This document shows positions 1 to 9,945 of a DNA stretch of 64,000 nucleotides, in pieces. Each line of letters opens with the position of its first letter. The stretch's first letter is position 1. Below the pieces are notes generated by a model that saw nothing but the letters and a program-made list of their open reading frames with translations, had not been told where the DNA came from and did no database searches. The position numbers and the translations under genes were made by a program. Origin of the DNA: Thermoplasmata archaeon (GTDB taxonomy: Archaea > Thermoplasmatota > Thermoplasmata > Halarchaeoplasmatales > Halarchaeoplasmataceae); assembly GCA_046498385.1 (NCBI GenBank), contig JAWOAU010000007.1, positions 27,632-91,631 of the forward strand. The letters run 5' to 3'.

Positions 1-407
1 CATACCTGAAGTGCCGAACGAGCGAGGTAGACCGAACGCGCCTGGTCTAAACTGTAGTTACCGCTGATGTTAGGTGCCATATCTGAGATTATTACGTCTA
101 CCTCTCCGGCGATCAAAATTATACGCCGGACTTCCCTCTCCTTTGTGACGTCGGCCCTATACTGTTCGACACCCTCTATATCCCTCATGCCCACTATATC
201 GACGGCCATAACATTTCCGTCTCCAACAACCTCAACTGCATATTGACTCCAACCTCCGGGCGCAGCACCCAGGTCGAGAACGGTAAAATCCGGTTTGAAT
301 ATGCTGAACTTATCGTCTATCTGCTTTAATTTGTAGACCGCTCGAGAGCGATAACCTTCTCTCTTTGCACGGCGGTAGAACCCATCTTTTTTGTTGTAAG
401 CACACAT
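1..407 (-). CDS. rlmE: 23S rRNA 2'-O-methyltransferase RlmE/FtsJ family (3' part runs off the window)
   Basis: Translated by hand on the minus strand from ATG 407: MCAYNKKDGFYRRAKREGYRSRAVYKLKQIDDKF...VLDLGAAPGGWSQYA...VIISDMAPNISG. These are FtsJ signature motifs. Confidence 0.92.
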   Translation of the reverse strand, partial: MCAYNKKDGFYRRAKREGYRSRAVYKLKQIDDKFSIFKPDFTVLDLGAAPGGWSQYAVEVVGDGNVMAVDIVGMRDIEGVEQYRADVTKEREVRRIILIAGEVDVIISDMAPNISGNYSLDQARSVYLARSALQV

Positions 408-663
408 GAACACTCTATACTTTATCTTTTCACGTACTTAATATTTGTTGGGTCAAATTGATATTTATAGTGGAACTCGTAATTTTTTGAACTAAGTTAC
501 CAGTTCCATCTCTCGTTTCGGAATTGTCGCTAGCAATTCCAAATGTACGATGAAAACTATCAGTTTCAGGCCAGAAGCCAATGGCTCTATAAGAAAACAA
601 ACAACCGAGTCATTGACTATATTAACGAAAAGTCTTTTATCCTTGTATAAATACTAAGAATAC

Positions 664-930
664 ATGCGTTCTAGAGATTCCTTTGAAAAGGTCATGAAAA
701 AGATAAAGAAAGTAAGGGAACCAGGGGAGCCGCCTGAAGAGCCTATGGATTCCCTAGAAGGTTACATTTGCGACCTTTGCAAGGATACCACGGAGAAAAA
801 GAAGATAATTCAGTGTGGATTCTGCGGACGTTGGGTGTGTAAAGAAGAGTGCTGGGATACGGAAATCCGTGCTTGTGTAAGCTGCACTGGATTGATACTC
901 CTTGCAACTTCAGAAAAGAGAGAGGAATAA
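664..930 (+). CDS. small Cys-rich (zinc-finger-like) hypothetical protein
   Basis: 88 aa with CxxC, CxxC, CxxxC and CxxC; first gene of an apparent operon with thrS. Confidence 0.65.
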   Translation: MRSRDSFEKVMKKIKKVREPGEPPEEPMDSLEGYICDLCKDTTEKKKIIQCGFCGRWVCKEECWDTEIRACVSCTGLILLATSEKREE

Positions 931-931
931 T

Positions 932-1123
932 ATGACATCAGAACTCAAGGATGTAGTAACTCTATTGGATTGGGAAGACAGGATGAATCGGTTTCAGGAG
1001 AAGGAAGAAAAATCAGGAGGCTTATACATCATAGCCTTTTTGCTGGGAACCCTTTTCGGAATGGTTTTAATTGAGTTGATAATGCCCAACCTAATAAACT
1101 ATGGTATGCAGGTGTTTCCATGA
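932..1123 (+). CDS. small single-pass membrane protein
   Basis: ATG 932 directly follows the previous stop; one hydrophobic segment (GLYIIAFLLGTLFGMVLIELIM); stop overlaps the thrS start (ATGA). Confidence 0.6.
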   Translation: MTSELKDVVTLLDWEDRMNRFQEKEEKSGGLYIIAFLLGTLFGMVLIELIMPNLINYGMQVFP

Positions 1124-3003
1124 AGATATTGTTGATACACTCTGATTATTTGGAGTACGAAGTAAAGAAGAATACACCGGTGGCTGAAGATATATCTGAG
1201 AGTATGAAACAAGGTCGGATGGAGGAGTGCCTTTCGATTTTTACTACAGTTGAAAAAAACGATGAAGGTAGAGAAAAGAAAGTTGCGGACAAAGGCGTGG
1301 CTGAGATCGAAAAGGTGGCGGAGCAACTGGGTGTTGAAAAAATAATGCTGTATCCTTATGCACATCTCAGCCCTGAACTATCATCTCCTGACACCGCCGT
1401 GGAAGTACTGAAGGAGATGGAGACAATCCTATCCGAAAGTTACACCGTTCACCGTTCACCCTTCGGTTGGTATAAAGCGTTCAAGTTGAGCTGCAAAGGC
1501 CATCCTTTATCGGAATTATCCAAGGAGATCACCGCAGAGGGAGGTACCCGGGAGATCAAATCAAAGGCATTAACCGCCGAAGAGGACCTGGAATCCACCT
1601 GGGGAATACTCGATCCTGACGGCACTTTCAATGAGTTGGATGTAAGAAAAAGAATCCAAGGATACGATTTTAACGAAAAAGAAAAACTAGAGCAGTTCAT
1701 AGTTTATGAGTCAGGGGGAAAACGAACTGGCGGAAAAGAGCCTCCTCACATAAAGCTCATGCACGGTCATGAGTTAGTCGACTATGAACCTGGTTCGGAT
1801 CCGGGGAACCTGAGATATTATCCAAAAGGTCGAATGATGAAGGGACTGCTGGAAGATTACGTCAGCCAGATGACCCGTGAATACGGTGCTATGGAGATAG
1901 AGTCTCCAATAATGTACGACATGGACCACCCAACTTTGAAGAGTTATCTGGACAGGTTTCCGGCGAGGCAATATTCCATCGAGACCCCAGATAAGAACGT
2001 TTTTTTAAGATTTGCAGCATGTTTCGGACAATTTCTAATGGCTAAGGACATGACCATATCCTACAAAAATCTCCCTCTACGAATATACGAGCTAACCCGC
2101 TACTCTTTCAGGGTGGAACAGAGGGGAGAGATAAGCGGCTTGAGAAGACAGCGAGCCTTCACCATGCCCGATTCCCATGCGATGTGTAGGGATATGAACG
2201 AGGCTAAAAAAGAGATGCTTGTCAGGATGAAACTTGCCATGTCCATCCTGAAAGGTATCGGTGTTGAAATGCCATCCGGATTAGAGCTTGGCATAAGGTG
2301 TACCCGAGACTTTTTTGAAGAGCACAGAGGGCATCTGATAGACCTGGTAAAAACCTATGGAAAACCCGCCTTGGTTGAGATATGGGAGGACCAGTTCTTT
2401 TATTTCGTGCTAAAATACGAGTTTAATTATATTGATCCCTCGGGCAGAGCGAGCGCACTCGTGACTGATCAGATAGATGTGGAAAACGCCGCAAGGTACG
2501 GTATAACCTACGTAGACGAGGGTGGTAAAGAAAAGCATCCCTATATTCTGCATCTCTCTCCCAGCGGAGGAATAGAGCGGGTCATGTTCACACTGCTGGA
2601 AAAGGCCGCTGAAGATGCCGCTAGAGGCGTGAAGCCGTCTTTCCCTTATTGGCTTGCACCTACACAGCTTAGGCTGTTACCGGTTTCCGAGGACCAAATG
2701 GATTTTGTTGAGAATTTGGCCGACGAATTCGACGTAGTTCGGGTGGATATAGATGATACCAATAGAACCGTGGGAAGAAAGGTACGTGAAGCTGAGAAGG
2801 AATGGATTCCATATATAGTGATAATCGGTTCCAGAGAAGTCGAGAGTAATAAGCTCTCCGTAAGAGTGCGTGAAAGCGGAGAGCAGGTCTCTATGGACGT
2901 TAAAGAATTGAAGAAAGAACTCAACCATAGACAGGCAGGACTTCCTTTCCGTGGACTCCCACTTCCACGAATGCTATCACAACGACCGGTATTTGTTGGG
3001 TGA
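1120..3003 (+). CDS. thrS: threonine--tRNA ligase, archaeal type
   Basis: Archaeal N-terminal editing domain (MKILLIHSDYLEY...YPYAHLS...RSPFGWYKAFKLSCKGHPLSELS), class II core (LRFAACFGQF, YSFRVEQRGE) and an anticodon-binding C-terminus. Confidence 0.97.
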   Translation: MKILLIHSDYLEYEVKKNTPVAEDISESMKQGRMEECLSIFTTVEKNDEGREKKVADKGVAEIEKVAEQLGVEKIMLYPYAHLSPELSSPDTAVEVLKEMETILSESYTVHRSPFGWYKAFKLSCKGHPLSELSKEITAEGGTREIKSKALTAEEDLESTWGILDPDGTFNELDVRKRIQGYDFNEKEKLEQFIVYESGGKRTGGKEPPHIKLMHGHELVDYEPGSDPGNLRYYPKGRMMKGLLEDYVSQMTREYGAMEIESPIMYDMDHPTLKSYLDRFPARQYSIETPDKNVFLRFAACFGQFLMAKDMTISYKNLPLRIYELTRYSFRVEQRGEISGLRRQRAFTMPDSHAMCRDMNEAKKEMLVRMKLAMSILKGIGVEMPSGLELGIRCTRDFFEEHRGHLIDLVKTYGKPALVEIWEDQFFYFVLKYEFNYIDPSGRASALVTDQIDVENAARYGITYVDEGGKEKHPYILHLSPSGGIERVMFTLLEKAAEDAARGVKPSFPYWLAPTQLRLLPVSEDQMDFVENLADEFDVVRVDIDDTNRTVGRKVREAEKEWIPYIVIIGSREVESNKLSVRVRESGEQVSMDVKELKKELNHRQAGLPFRGLPLPRMLSQRPVFVG

Positions 3004-3006
3004 ATA

Positions 3007-4032
3007 TCACATATGCGGCTTGATGATCACTTTGAGCGAATCCTCGCCCTTTGCAGTTAGTTTGAAACCTTCCTGAGCTTCCTCCAACGGCAGTTTGTGG
3101 CTTATCATATCGTCAACTTTGACCTTGCCACTTGAAATGAGCTCTATCGCCTCCTGAATATCATCACCGCTGGCGGCATAGGAAGTTGTTATACTCACTT
3201 CGTCTTTCCACAAATCCCACACAGGCATAGGCAGCATCTCATCCGGTTTCAGGGGTGCAAAGAGAAGAATACGTCCGCCTTTGTCAACGGTTTTGAACGC
3301 CTGTTCCATGGCCGAAGATACACCTACGCTCACTATGACTCTTTCCGGCAAACATCCGTCGTTTGCCTTCCTTATGTTAGGTGGTGTGACATCTTCAGCT
3401 TTTAAAGCAGTTTTAGCACCTATTCTTTTAGCGGTTTCTAGTCTGTACTGGGATATGTCCGTGGCGATCACTCTTTTCACACCCTTGGCAAGTGCAAGTT
3501 TTATGTGCAGCATCCCGGATAATCCACTGCCGATGACCAGCACGGTATCATCTGAGCCCACGTCTAGAAATTTCTGTCCACGCACAACACATGCCAAGGG
3601 TTCTACAAATACACCTTCTGAATAATTCATGTTGGTGGGAAGTTCGTACACACCTTTTTCCACGTTTATTTCGGGTACCCGCAGGTACTCGGCGAATCCA
3701 CCGGGATCGAAGTTTGTTGAACGTAGTGTGTCACAAACTGAAGTATGATCGTCTTCACAATATTTACAGGATCCACAGGGGACATGATGAGATACGAATA
3801 CTCGGTCACCGATATCGTACCCTTCTATATCATCTCCCACCTTCACTATCTCCCCTGTTATCTCATGTCCAAGTACCCGAGGTGCCTTTTTGATCCTGTA
3901 CCACTCCATAACATCGCTGCCGCAGATGCCGCTGGCATGTACTTTAACCAGCATCTCTTTCGAACCTATGGACGGTATTGGCATCTCTTCTATTCGTACA
4001 TCGTCGTTACTGTAGTAAATGGCTACCCGCAT
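3007..4032 (-). CDS. zinc-dependent alcohol dehydrogenase (MDR family; L-iditol/threonine dehydrogenase-like)
   Basis: GICGSD, GHE, structural Zn motif CGSCKYC...C, and GSGLSG nucleotide-binding motif. Confidence 0.9.
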   Translation of the reverse strand: MRVAIYYSNDDVRIEEMPIPSIGSKEMLVKVHASGICGSDVMEWYRIKKAPRVLGHEITGEIVKVGDDIEGYDIGDRVFVSHHVPCGSCKYCEDDHTSVCDTLRSTNFDPGGFAEYLRVPEINVEKGVYELPTNMNYSEGVFVEPLACVVRGQKFLDVGSDDTVLVIGSGLSGMLHIKLALAKGVKRVIATDISQYRLETAKRIGAKTALKAEDVTPPNIRKANDGCLPERVIVSVGVSSAMEQAFKTVDKGGRILLFAPLKPDEMLPMPVWDLWKDEVSITTSYAASGDDIQEAIELISSGKVKVDDMISHKLPLEEAQEGFKLTAKGEDSLKVIIKPHM

Positions 4033-4035
4033 GTT

Positions 4036-4824
4036 CTACTCGCTTTTCAGCTCTTCGAACAGGTCGTTGGCTTCGGCGGCGGTATAACCTTCGTGGATGA
4101 TGCTTCTGAGGGCACGTATCATGGGCACCGGGTATTTGTTCTTCCAGACATTCCTACCTAGGTTGATTCCGGCGGCACCTTTACTGATCCCATCGTACAC
4201 AAAGTCGAATACCTCTTTATCACTGTCGACTCTTGGCCCTCCTGCCATGACAACGGGTACTGGGCATCCTTCTACAACCTTATCGAAATTCTCACACCAG
4301 TATGTTTTAACCACACGGGCGCCGATCTCTGCGGCGATCCTTGATGCAAGGCCTAGATATCTTGCATCCCTTTTCTTTAATTCCTTACCGACTGCGGTTA
4401 CCGCCATAACGGGAATCCCATAGTTTTCACATTCATCAACAAGGTTGGCTAAGTTAGTGACGGTTTGAGTTTCGTATTCACTTCCTACGAAGATGGATAT
4501 CCCAACAGCGGTGGCATTCAATCTTAAGATCTCCTCTATAGATGTAGTTAGCTCTTCGTTGGCTAGATCCTCACCGATCACACTGGGTCCTCCAGATACA
4601 CGAAGAATTATCGGCTTCGTGTTGGCGGCGGGTATGCAGTTCCTGAGACCACCCCGGGTTACGAAAAGTGCGTCGGCGTACTCCATCAACGGCTCTACGG
4701 TTCTGCCGGGTTTTTCCAGTTTCGTGGTAGGTCCCTGGAAGTACCCGTGGTCTATAGGCAGAAACAGACATCTGCCATCTGGCTGTATCAACTGTGACAT
4801 GCGGTTTTTCATTCCCCAATCCAT
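4036..4824 (-). CDS. lsrF: LsrF-like class I aldolase/thiolase (DhnA/FbaB family)
   Basis: Likely start MDWGMKNRMSQLI; DHGYFQGPT, ILRVSGG, VKTYWC and PVVMAGGP match the LsrF subfamily. Confidence 0.8.
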   Translation of the reverse strand: MDWGMKNRMSQLIQPDGRCLFLPIDHGYFQGPTTKLEKPGRTVEPLMEYADALFVTRGGLRNCIPAANTKPIILRVSGGPSVIGEDLANEELTTSIEEILRLNATAVGISIFVGSEYETQTVTNLANLVDECENYGIPVMAVTAVGKELKKRDARYLGLASRIAAEIGARVVKTYWCENFDKVVEGCPVPVVMAGGPRVDSDKEVFDFVYDGISKGAAGINLGRNVWKNKYPVPMIRALRSIIHEGYTAAEANDLFEELKSE

Positions 4825-4892
4825 GTTCTCACCATATTTAGCACCGTACACAACAGTAGGATATTTATAATTTGTCAATACTGACTGTAAAT

Positions 4893-5321
4893 ATGACCTT
4901 CCATTACATGGAGTTTCTTACCTACTGTCATGCCACCGAAGACCCTTCAAAGGTAAAGGAGGCACTGCATGTCGTCACATTAAACGAGGTAGATTGGGGG
5001 GAAGAAAAAGCGGAAGGTTATCACGGGAATCCCATCTTGATAATCAAAGGTAAGCTCTCTCGAAACCGGGAGATGGACGAGGTGTTCAAGAATCTCCCCA
5101 AAGAAACAGTTGAAAGTCTGCTTAGAGAAGTGGAGCGTCGCATAGACGACGACTGCAACTTCTTCTTTAGGATCGATAAGAGCCAGGCTTATCTTGGGAC
5201 AGTAGTTCTTTCTAACGGTGATAACACTATACGTGTTAGGGCCAGGGTAGAAAGTTATCCTGCAAAGAGAGAGACAGCAGTAGAGAAAATAAAAGAATAT
5301 CTGGATGGACTCTATCATTAG
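4893..5321 (+). CDS. archaeal predicted RNA-binding protein (DUF54 family)
   Basis: HATED..KV, GYHGNPI and FFFRIDK..AY.G motifs. Confidence 0.8.
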   Translation: MTFHYMEFLTYCHATEDPSKVKEALHVVTLNEVDWGEEKAEGYHGNPILIIKGKLSRNREMDEVFKNLPKETVESLLREVERRIDDDCNFFFRIDKSQAYLGTVVLSNGDNTIRVRARVESYPAKRETAVEKIKEYLDGLYH

Positions 5322-5347
5322 ATATATTTTTATATCGGGTATATCTG

Positions 5348-5551
5348 ATGAGAATTGATATGAAAATAGAAGTGAAAGGGGTTGGGAATGTAACCGTACC
5401 TCCGGAAAGCCGTGTGTCCGATGTGGTAAGGGATTTGAACCACCATCTGGATGCGGTGATCGTTGTCAAAGACGGTAAACCGGTCCCTCTGGATGAGCAG
5501 TTAAAAAATGGGGATACGTTAAAGGTCCTTTCGGTTGTTTCCGGCGGATAG
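5348..5551 (+). CDS. ubiquitin-like sulfur carrier/SAMP (MoaD/ThiS family)
   Basis: 67 aa, beta-grasp size, ending in LKVLSVVSGG (di-glycine). Confidence 0.85.
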   Translation: MRIDMKIEVKGVGNVTVPPESRVSDVVRDLNHHLDAVIVVKDGKPVPLDEQLKNGDTLKVLSVVSGG

Positions 5552-6361
5552 TTTTTCTCTCTTTGGTAAAGAAATTATGCCTATTATGTTGTCGTAGAAT
5601 TCAGGCATTATCTCGAAAACCGTTAGCATCAGTATTATCAGTACGATCATAGAACCCGCCTTAGCGATGGTGTTGTGTGCGGTGTGGAAGGAGGTGATAC
5701 CCTCGTAGGTCAGATATACCACCATAACGTTCCTAAATAGATTGGCCACGTAGATAGTGGGAAGTACCAATAGTAAGCTTTTCACCTTTCTCTTTACTTC
5801 CGCAGTGGTGAAGGTGATCAGTGCACCTGCGGGGGCCAATGTTTGAATCGCCGTGCAAGCAAATATTATCCGGATCCCGGAACCTCTAATGGACACACCT
5901 ATCTGTTCGTGGTTTATCCTGTAAAACAAAGGATTAGCCGCGTAATCTATGGACCCTAGGATGAACTCGTATCCCATAAGATTCAAAATAAAGTTAGTAT
6001 GGTCCGCAACTATTCTGGTTAACATCCCTGCGGCTACAGGTACCCGCTGAATACCGTAGTATATTAGCATGGAAACGGATACACTAGCTGCCAAGAATCT
6101 CATCAGCCCCGGGTCCTCGGCCCATCGATGGGATAGAACCTCCTGGTACGCGAAGTAGGAGAAAAGGGGAAGTGCGATCAGGCACAAGCCGGCGTTCACC
6201 ACGTCACCCATTGAAAAGAAGTGCGGTGATTGTGCCACCCAAAACAAACCCAGCAGCAAATACCCTAAAACTCGAAGATGATGTTTTTGCCACTTGCCGA
6301 TATAACCGATTAAAAGAACGATGGTGCCGGTCCAAAGTAACGTTTCCGTTATAATATTCAT
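5519..6361 (-). CDS. artA: archaeosortase A (exosortase family)
   Basis: Multi-TM protein with catalytic-type motifs IIFACTAIQ (Cys), ANLFRN (Arg) and FHTAHNTIAK. Confidence 0.85.
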   Translation of the reverse strand: MNIITETLLWTGTIVLLIGYIGKWQKHHLRVLGYLLLGLFWVAQSPHFFSMGDVVNAGLCLIALPLFSYFAYQEVLSHRWAEDPGLMRFLAASVSVSMLIYYGIQRVPVAAGMLTRIVADHTNFILNLMGYEFILGSIDYAANPLFYRINHEQIGVSIRGSGIRIIFACTAIQTLAPAGALITFTTAEVKRKVKSLLLVLPTIYVANLFRNVMVVYLTYEGITSFHTAHNTIAKAGSMIVLIILMLTVFEIMPEFYDNIIGIISLPKREKLSAGNNRKDL

Positions 6362-6485
6362 GTATTCACCTTTCAATTTACACGACTGTTAATAAATATA
6401 GCGGGTCGGCTAAGGTATGCCATTCTCTAAAAATTTCGTTTCACACGGTACTTTAACAGCGCAGAAAGTCTTTGTAATCTTTGTA

Positions 6486-6953
6486 TCAAAGTTTGATAAG
6501 CTTTTTTTTATCCATCTTGTTCAATATCTCTTCAGTGGTGCAGGACCCGAACAACTTATCCAGTGCTCCTTTCTTTTTATCGTGTATTATTAGCAGGTTT
6601 GCCTCTTGTCGTTGAAATTCTTCCATGATCTCATCTGAAATATTATCTCCCATCCTGAAGCTAACTTCAACCGGTATATCGAATCCTTTGATCTTTTCAA
6701 ATAGATCTGCAGCCAGCTCATCTGCTCGAAACTTCTTTTCATTTTTAACGGTTTCCTGCATGGAACTCTTCTCCTCCATGCCTACTGCCGCATCAACTAG
6801 TTCCTTTGTAGGTCTCTCTTCTACTAACTTTATGATTACGATACGCTCTGGCTGCATTTCTCGTATTATCTTCTTGATCCGTTCCACAGCGTCTTCTGAA
6901 TATCTGCGCTTGTAGCTAGCTATCAGCAAAGTTTTTCCTTTTTTCTCACTCAT
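6486..6953 (-). CDS. universal stress protein-like
   Basis: UspA-like C-terminal pattern (GDNISDEI...NLLIIH...ALDKLFGSCTTEEIL); coupled to the upstream transporter. Confidence 0.6.
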   Translation of the reverse strand: MSEKKGKTLLIASYKRRYSEDAVERIKKIIREMQPERIVIIKLVEERPTKELVDAAVGMEEKSSMQETVKNEKKFRADELAADLFEKIKGFDIPVEVSFRMGDNISDEIMEEFQRQEANLLIIHDKKKGALDKLFGSCTTEEILNKMDKKKLIKL

Positions 6954-6954
6954 T

Positions 6955-8367
6955 TTACCACAATCCGAGTAACCTCCACCATGCAAGACCTATGGTCAAG
7001 AAGGTAGCAAGGCCTATAATATTTAGTATCAGACCGGCTTTAACGAATTCTTTGATGTCTATGTACCCAGTATTATATACCATAGCCGCGCCAGGAGTAC
7101 CAACTGGAAGCATAAAGGCAAAGGCACTTACCATGGCTATAGTATAGACTGGGATCACTGCCGAGAAACCTATAGCAACCATTGCAACAAGGGCCATAGG
7201 TAGTATAACCGCGGTAGTAGCCGCGTTACTCATAACATTCGATAGAAACACCGCCAATGCTGCAAATACGGCTAGAACAAGAAATGGATTATTGCCTACG
7301 AAAGTAAGGATCTCTTCAGATATGAAAGCGAGAGTACCTGCCTCAGGTAATATTAATGATAATGATATCGCACCGCCGTAGAGGAAGATCACCCCCCATG
7401 GAAGCCTTTTTTCGACATCCTCCCAAGTTATTGTTTTCGACATGGCTATGAAGGAGGTTATAAGGACGGCCACCAGCCCCATCCCCAGACCCTGTCCAAG
7501 CACGGCCCAAAGTATGAAGGCGGAAACCAGGAATCCTAATGATTTAGCCTCACCCATGGACATGGGCCCCATTTCGGTGATGTCCTGACTAATCTTTCTT
7601 TTTATGTTCTTCATATCTATATCCTCTAAATCAAACAGCTTGGTGAGAACTAGGTATACCATGGTACTCATTATCAAAACTAGAGGGATGGCTGCTATGA
7701 ACCACTGTGTGAATGATATTTGTTGACCTGTTTGCTGATAATATATTGCGATGGCTAGGGGGTTTCTTGCACCACCGAGTAAAGTCCCCATGCTCCCCAC
7801 GCTTGCACCGTAACAAAGGGCAAGAAGGCTTGCCTTAACGAAATTTGTTTCCATTATCGATGATTTTTCGGACAGAGCGAATATACTCATCAATATCGGT
7901 AGAAACAAAGCGGTAACGCCGTGTTCCGGCATGAGCATGGCTAGAAAAGTACCTATAAGCACTATACCATGAATAAAACGTTTGGGAGTTTCTCCAAAAT
8001 AATTGAGAATTTTTAGGGCGATCCGTTTGTGTAAGCCATGTTTTTCAACGGTTAAAGCGATTATAAATGCTCCTATCAAAAAGAATATAGTCGATGATGC
8101 AAAGCCAAGAAAAGCATTTTCAGAGGGAACTATGTCTAGAAGTACGGACATGGATATTATTAGAAATGTGGTGAATATGTATGATATAGGCGTAAATAAC
8201 CAAAGGTATACTGCAAGGAACAATATTGCCATGCCGTAGAATATTTTTGGTTCGGACGTGAAGAAAAAAGATAGAATTACGAACAGGCTGAACAGTGTTA
8301 AACCTATTACAATCTGGATTCGATCGTCTTCCAAGTTATCTAACATGAGCCTTCTGATTCTATACAT
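6955..8367 (-). CDS. SLC13/DASS family sodium:sulfate/dicarboxylate symporter
   Basis: GLHKRIAL, GSMGTLLGGARNP, SNVMSNAAT and FAFMLPVGTP motifs; many TM helices. Confidence 0.9.
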   Translation of the reverse strand: MYRIRRLMLDNLEDDRIQIVIGLTLFSLFVILSFFFTSEPKIFYGMAILFLAVYLWLFTPISYIFTTFLIISMSVLLDIVPSENAFLGFASSTIFFLIGAFIIALTVEKHGLHKRIALKILNYFGETPKRFIHGIVLIGTFLAMLMPEHGVTALFLPILMSIFALSEKSSIMETNFVKASLLALCYGASVGSMGTLLGGARNPLAIAIYYQQTGQQISFTQWFIAAIPLVLIMSTMVYLVLTKLFDLEDIDMKNIKRKISQDITEMGPMSMGEAKSLGFLVSAFILWAVLGQGLGMGLVAVLITSFIAMSKTITWEDVEKRLPWGVIFLYGGAISLSLILPEAGTLAFISEEILTFVGNNPFLVLAVFAALAVFLSNVMSNAATTAVILPMALVAMVAIGFSAVIPVYTIAMVSAFAFMLPVGTPGAAMVYNTGYIDIKEFVKAGLILNIIGLATFLTIGLAWWRLLGLW

Positions 8368-8459
8368 CTTGCCCAGCCTTAAAAGAGTGGTAACATATAA
8401 ATAATTAATTACAAGAGGCGTTCAAAAGGTATCCACAAACTTTATAATGGTCGAAAAAC

Positions 8460-8486
8460 ATATCTTATATGATATGTATAAGATAT
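8460..8486. promoter_or_regulatory. inverted-repeat operator candidate in the divergent SLC13 / small ORF-TauE promoter region
   Basis: ATATCTTATA-N7-TATAAGATAT, a perfect 10-bp inverted repeat, but in AT-rich DNA. Confidence 0.35.
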
Positions 8487-8543
8487 ACAAAGGATATTTC
8501 AATAATCTAAAATACATATTTAAAAGATATATATGGGATACAT

Positions 8544-8717
8544 ATGGAAAATGAAAATATGGAATATAGAACGGAAATGGGAGCTAGTGCGATGTTCTGG
8601 AACGATGAGAAAACCTTGTCCGAAAGGATGAAAGTAGAAAGGGAGAAGATAAAGAAACTGGCCGTAGCCTTTGGCTTTTACGGCCTGTCCATGGGGATCA
8701 TGTATCTGTTCTTGTGA
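8544..8717 (+). CDS. small C-terminally anchored membrane protein (57 aa; not in the ORF track)
   Basis: MENENMEYRTEMGASAMFWNDEKTLSERMKVEREKIKKLAVAFGFYGLSMGIMYLFL*; acidic head followed by a C-terminal TM helix. Confidence 0.5.
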   Translation: MENENMEYRTEMGASAMFWNDEKTLSERMKVEREKIKKLAVAFGFYGLSMGIMYLFL

Positions 8718-8787
8718 TGGGGGAGGATAAAAGAATAAAGGAACGATTCCAGATCAGAGGAGATGAAAGTATACCAATATTTAGGCG

Positions 8788-9591
8788 GTGTATCTGATGG
8801 AAATTTTTTTCGCTGTAATAGTCATCATATTTGTTTTCGATCTAGTGGATAGCTCGGCGGGGCAAGGCTTAGGCACGGTCTCCGCACCCTTATTACTGAT
8901 GATGGGATTCAGTTCGTATCAGGTGATCCCATCTCTAGTCATAGTGGCTGCCATGTCCGGTTTGGTATCGGGTTGGTTCCATCACGAGTTCGAAAATGTG
9001 CATTATTCTTTTAAAAGACCGTTTAACGATGAGACGAAAACTGTGCTTTTCACCGCCGTAGTCGGGTCCATAATGATAGCTAGTTCTGTATTTTTGGTAC
9101 ATTATGTGATCCAACCACCAGACTTTGTTTTAAGCGTGTATATTGCGATATTGGTGATAGTCATGGGGTTCCTCGGCCTCGTTCGTGTTAAAGAAGGGAG
9201 TAAAAAGTACACTTACAGGCCAAAATTCATCGTTACCTTCGCAGCCATAGCCGGTTTCAACAAAGGTGTCGGTGGGGGGGGTTACGGTCCGGTTTTGGTC
9301 ATGGGTAACATACTGTCCGGCATCTATGAAAAAACCGCCGCAGCTCTCACCCAGACCACCGAAGGCATAGTATCCACCGTGGGCGCGACATCATTCTTTG
9401 CCCTTGCGTTACTTGACCCCGGTAGCAGGATAGACTTTCTACTTTTACCGTCCATGTTCACAGGATCCTTCTTTGCGTCCGTGTTAGCTCCATACATACT
9501 TCGAGTGCTACCAAACAAGATCTGGAAAATTTTGATCCCTGCATATGCGTTCATGATCGGCATATACTTCATCATACGACTCTTACTCTAA
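8788..9591 (+). CDS. sulfite exporter TauE/SafE family membrane protein
   Basis: DLVDSSAGQGLGT and AGFNKGVGGGGYGP Gly-rich repeats; about 8 TM helices. Confidence 0.85.
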   Translation: MYLMEIFFAVIVIIFVFDLVDSSAGQGLGTVSAPLLLMMGFSSYQVIPSLVIVAAMSGLVSGWFHHEFENVHYSFKRPFNDETKTVLFTAVVGSIMIASSVFLVHYVIQPPDFVLSVYIAILVIVMGFLGLVRVKEGSKKYTYRPKFIVTFAAIAGFNKGVGGGGYGPVLVMGNILSGIYEKTAAALTQTTEGIVSTVGATSFFALALLDPGSRIDFLLLPSMFTGSFFASVLAPYILRVLPNKIWKILIPAYAFMIGIYFIIRLLL

Positions 9592-9644
9592 ATCATAGAT
9601 TAGATTTAAATAATAGTTTATGATGTTGATAGTACAAGATACCC

Positions 9645-9875
9645 ATGGTCAGAAAAAAGAAATTGAATCCTAGTGGGTCCAAAGGACAAGATGGAAAATT
9701 CCACAATGCACATCTAAGCCTTAACGAGGACGAACTTGAGGCAGCGGGTTTGGAGATAGGGGAAGAAGTACTTGTACGGGTTCGCGAAGATGTGATAGTC
9801 GTACAAAAGGCCGGAAAATGGCCAAACCGCAAAAGTTTGAAGGTTAACTCAATCACTCCAGAAGATGCGAAGTAA
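9645..9875 (+). CDS. AbrB/MazE/SpoVT-like small DNA-binding protein
   Basis: LEAAGLEIGEEVLVRVREDVIVVQK fits the swapped-hairpin pattern. Confidence 0.6.
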   Translation: MVRKKKLNPSGSKGQDGKFHNAHLSLNEDELEAAGLEIGEEVLVRVREDVIVVQKAGKWPNRKSLKVNSITPEDAK

Positions 9876-9945
9876 AAACGTGCTTTGATGGATCTTTTCT
9901 ATTCGTTTGCTCGAAGATTTAATATAGGCAGTAATACACTGATAG

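Noticed and set aside
520-540. Inverted repeat GGAATTG-N7-CAATTCC in the rlmE intergenic region
   Set aside because: A single 7-bp stem with no supporting context could arise by chance.
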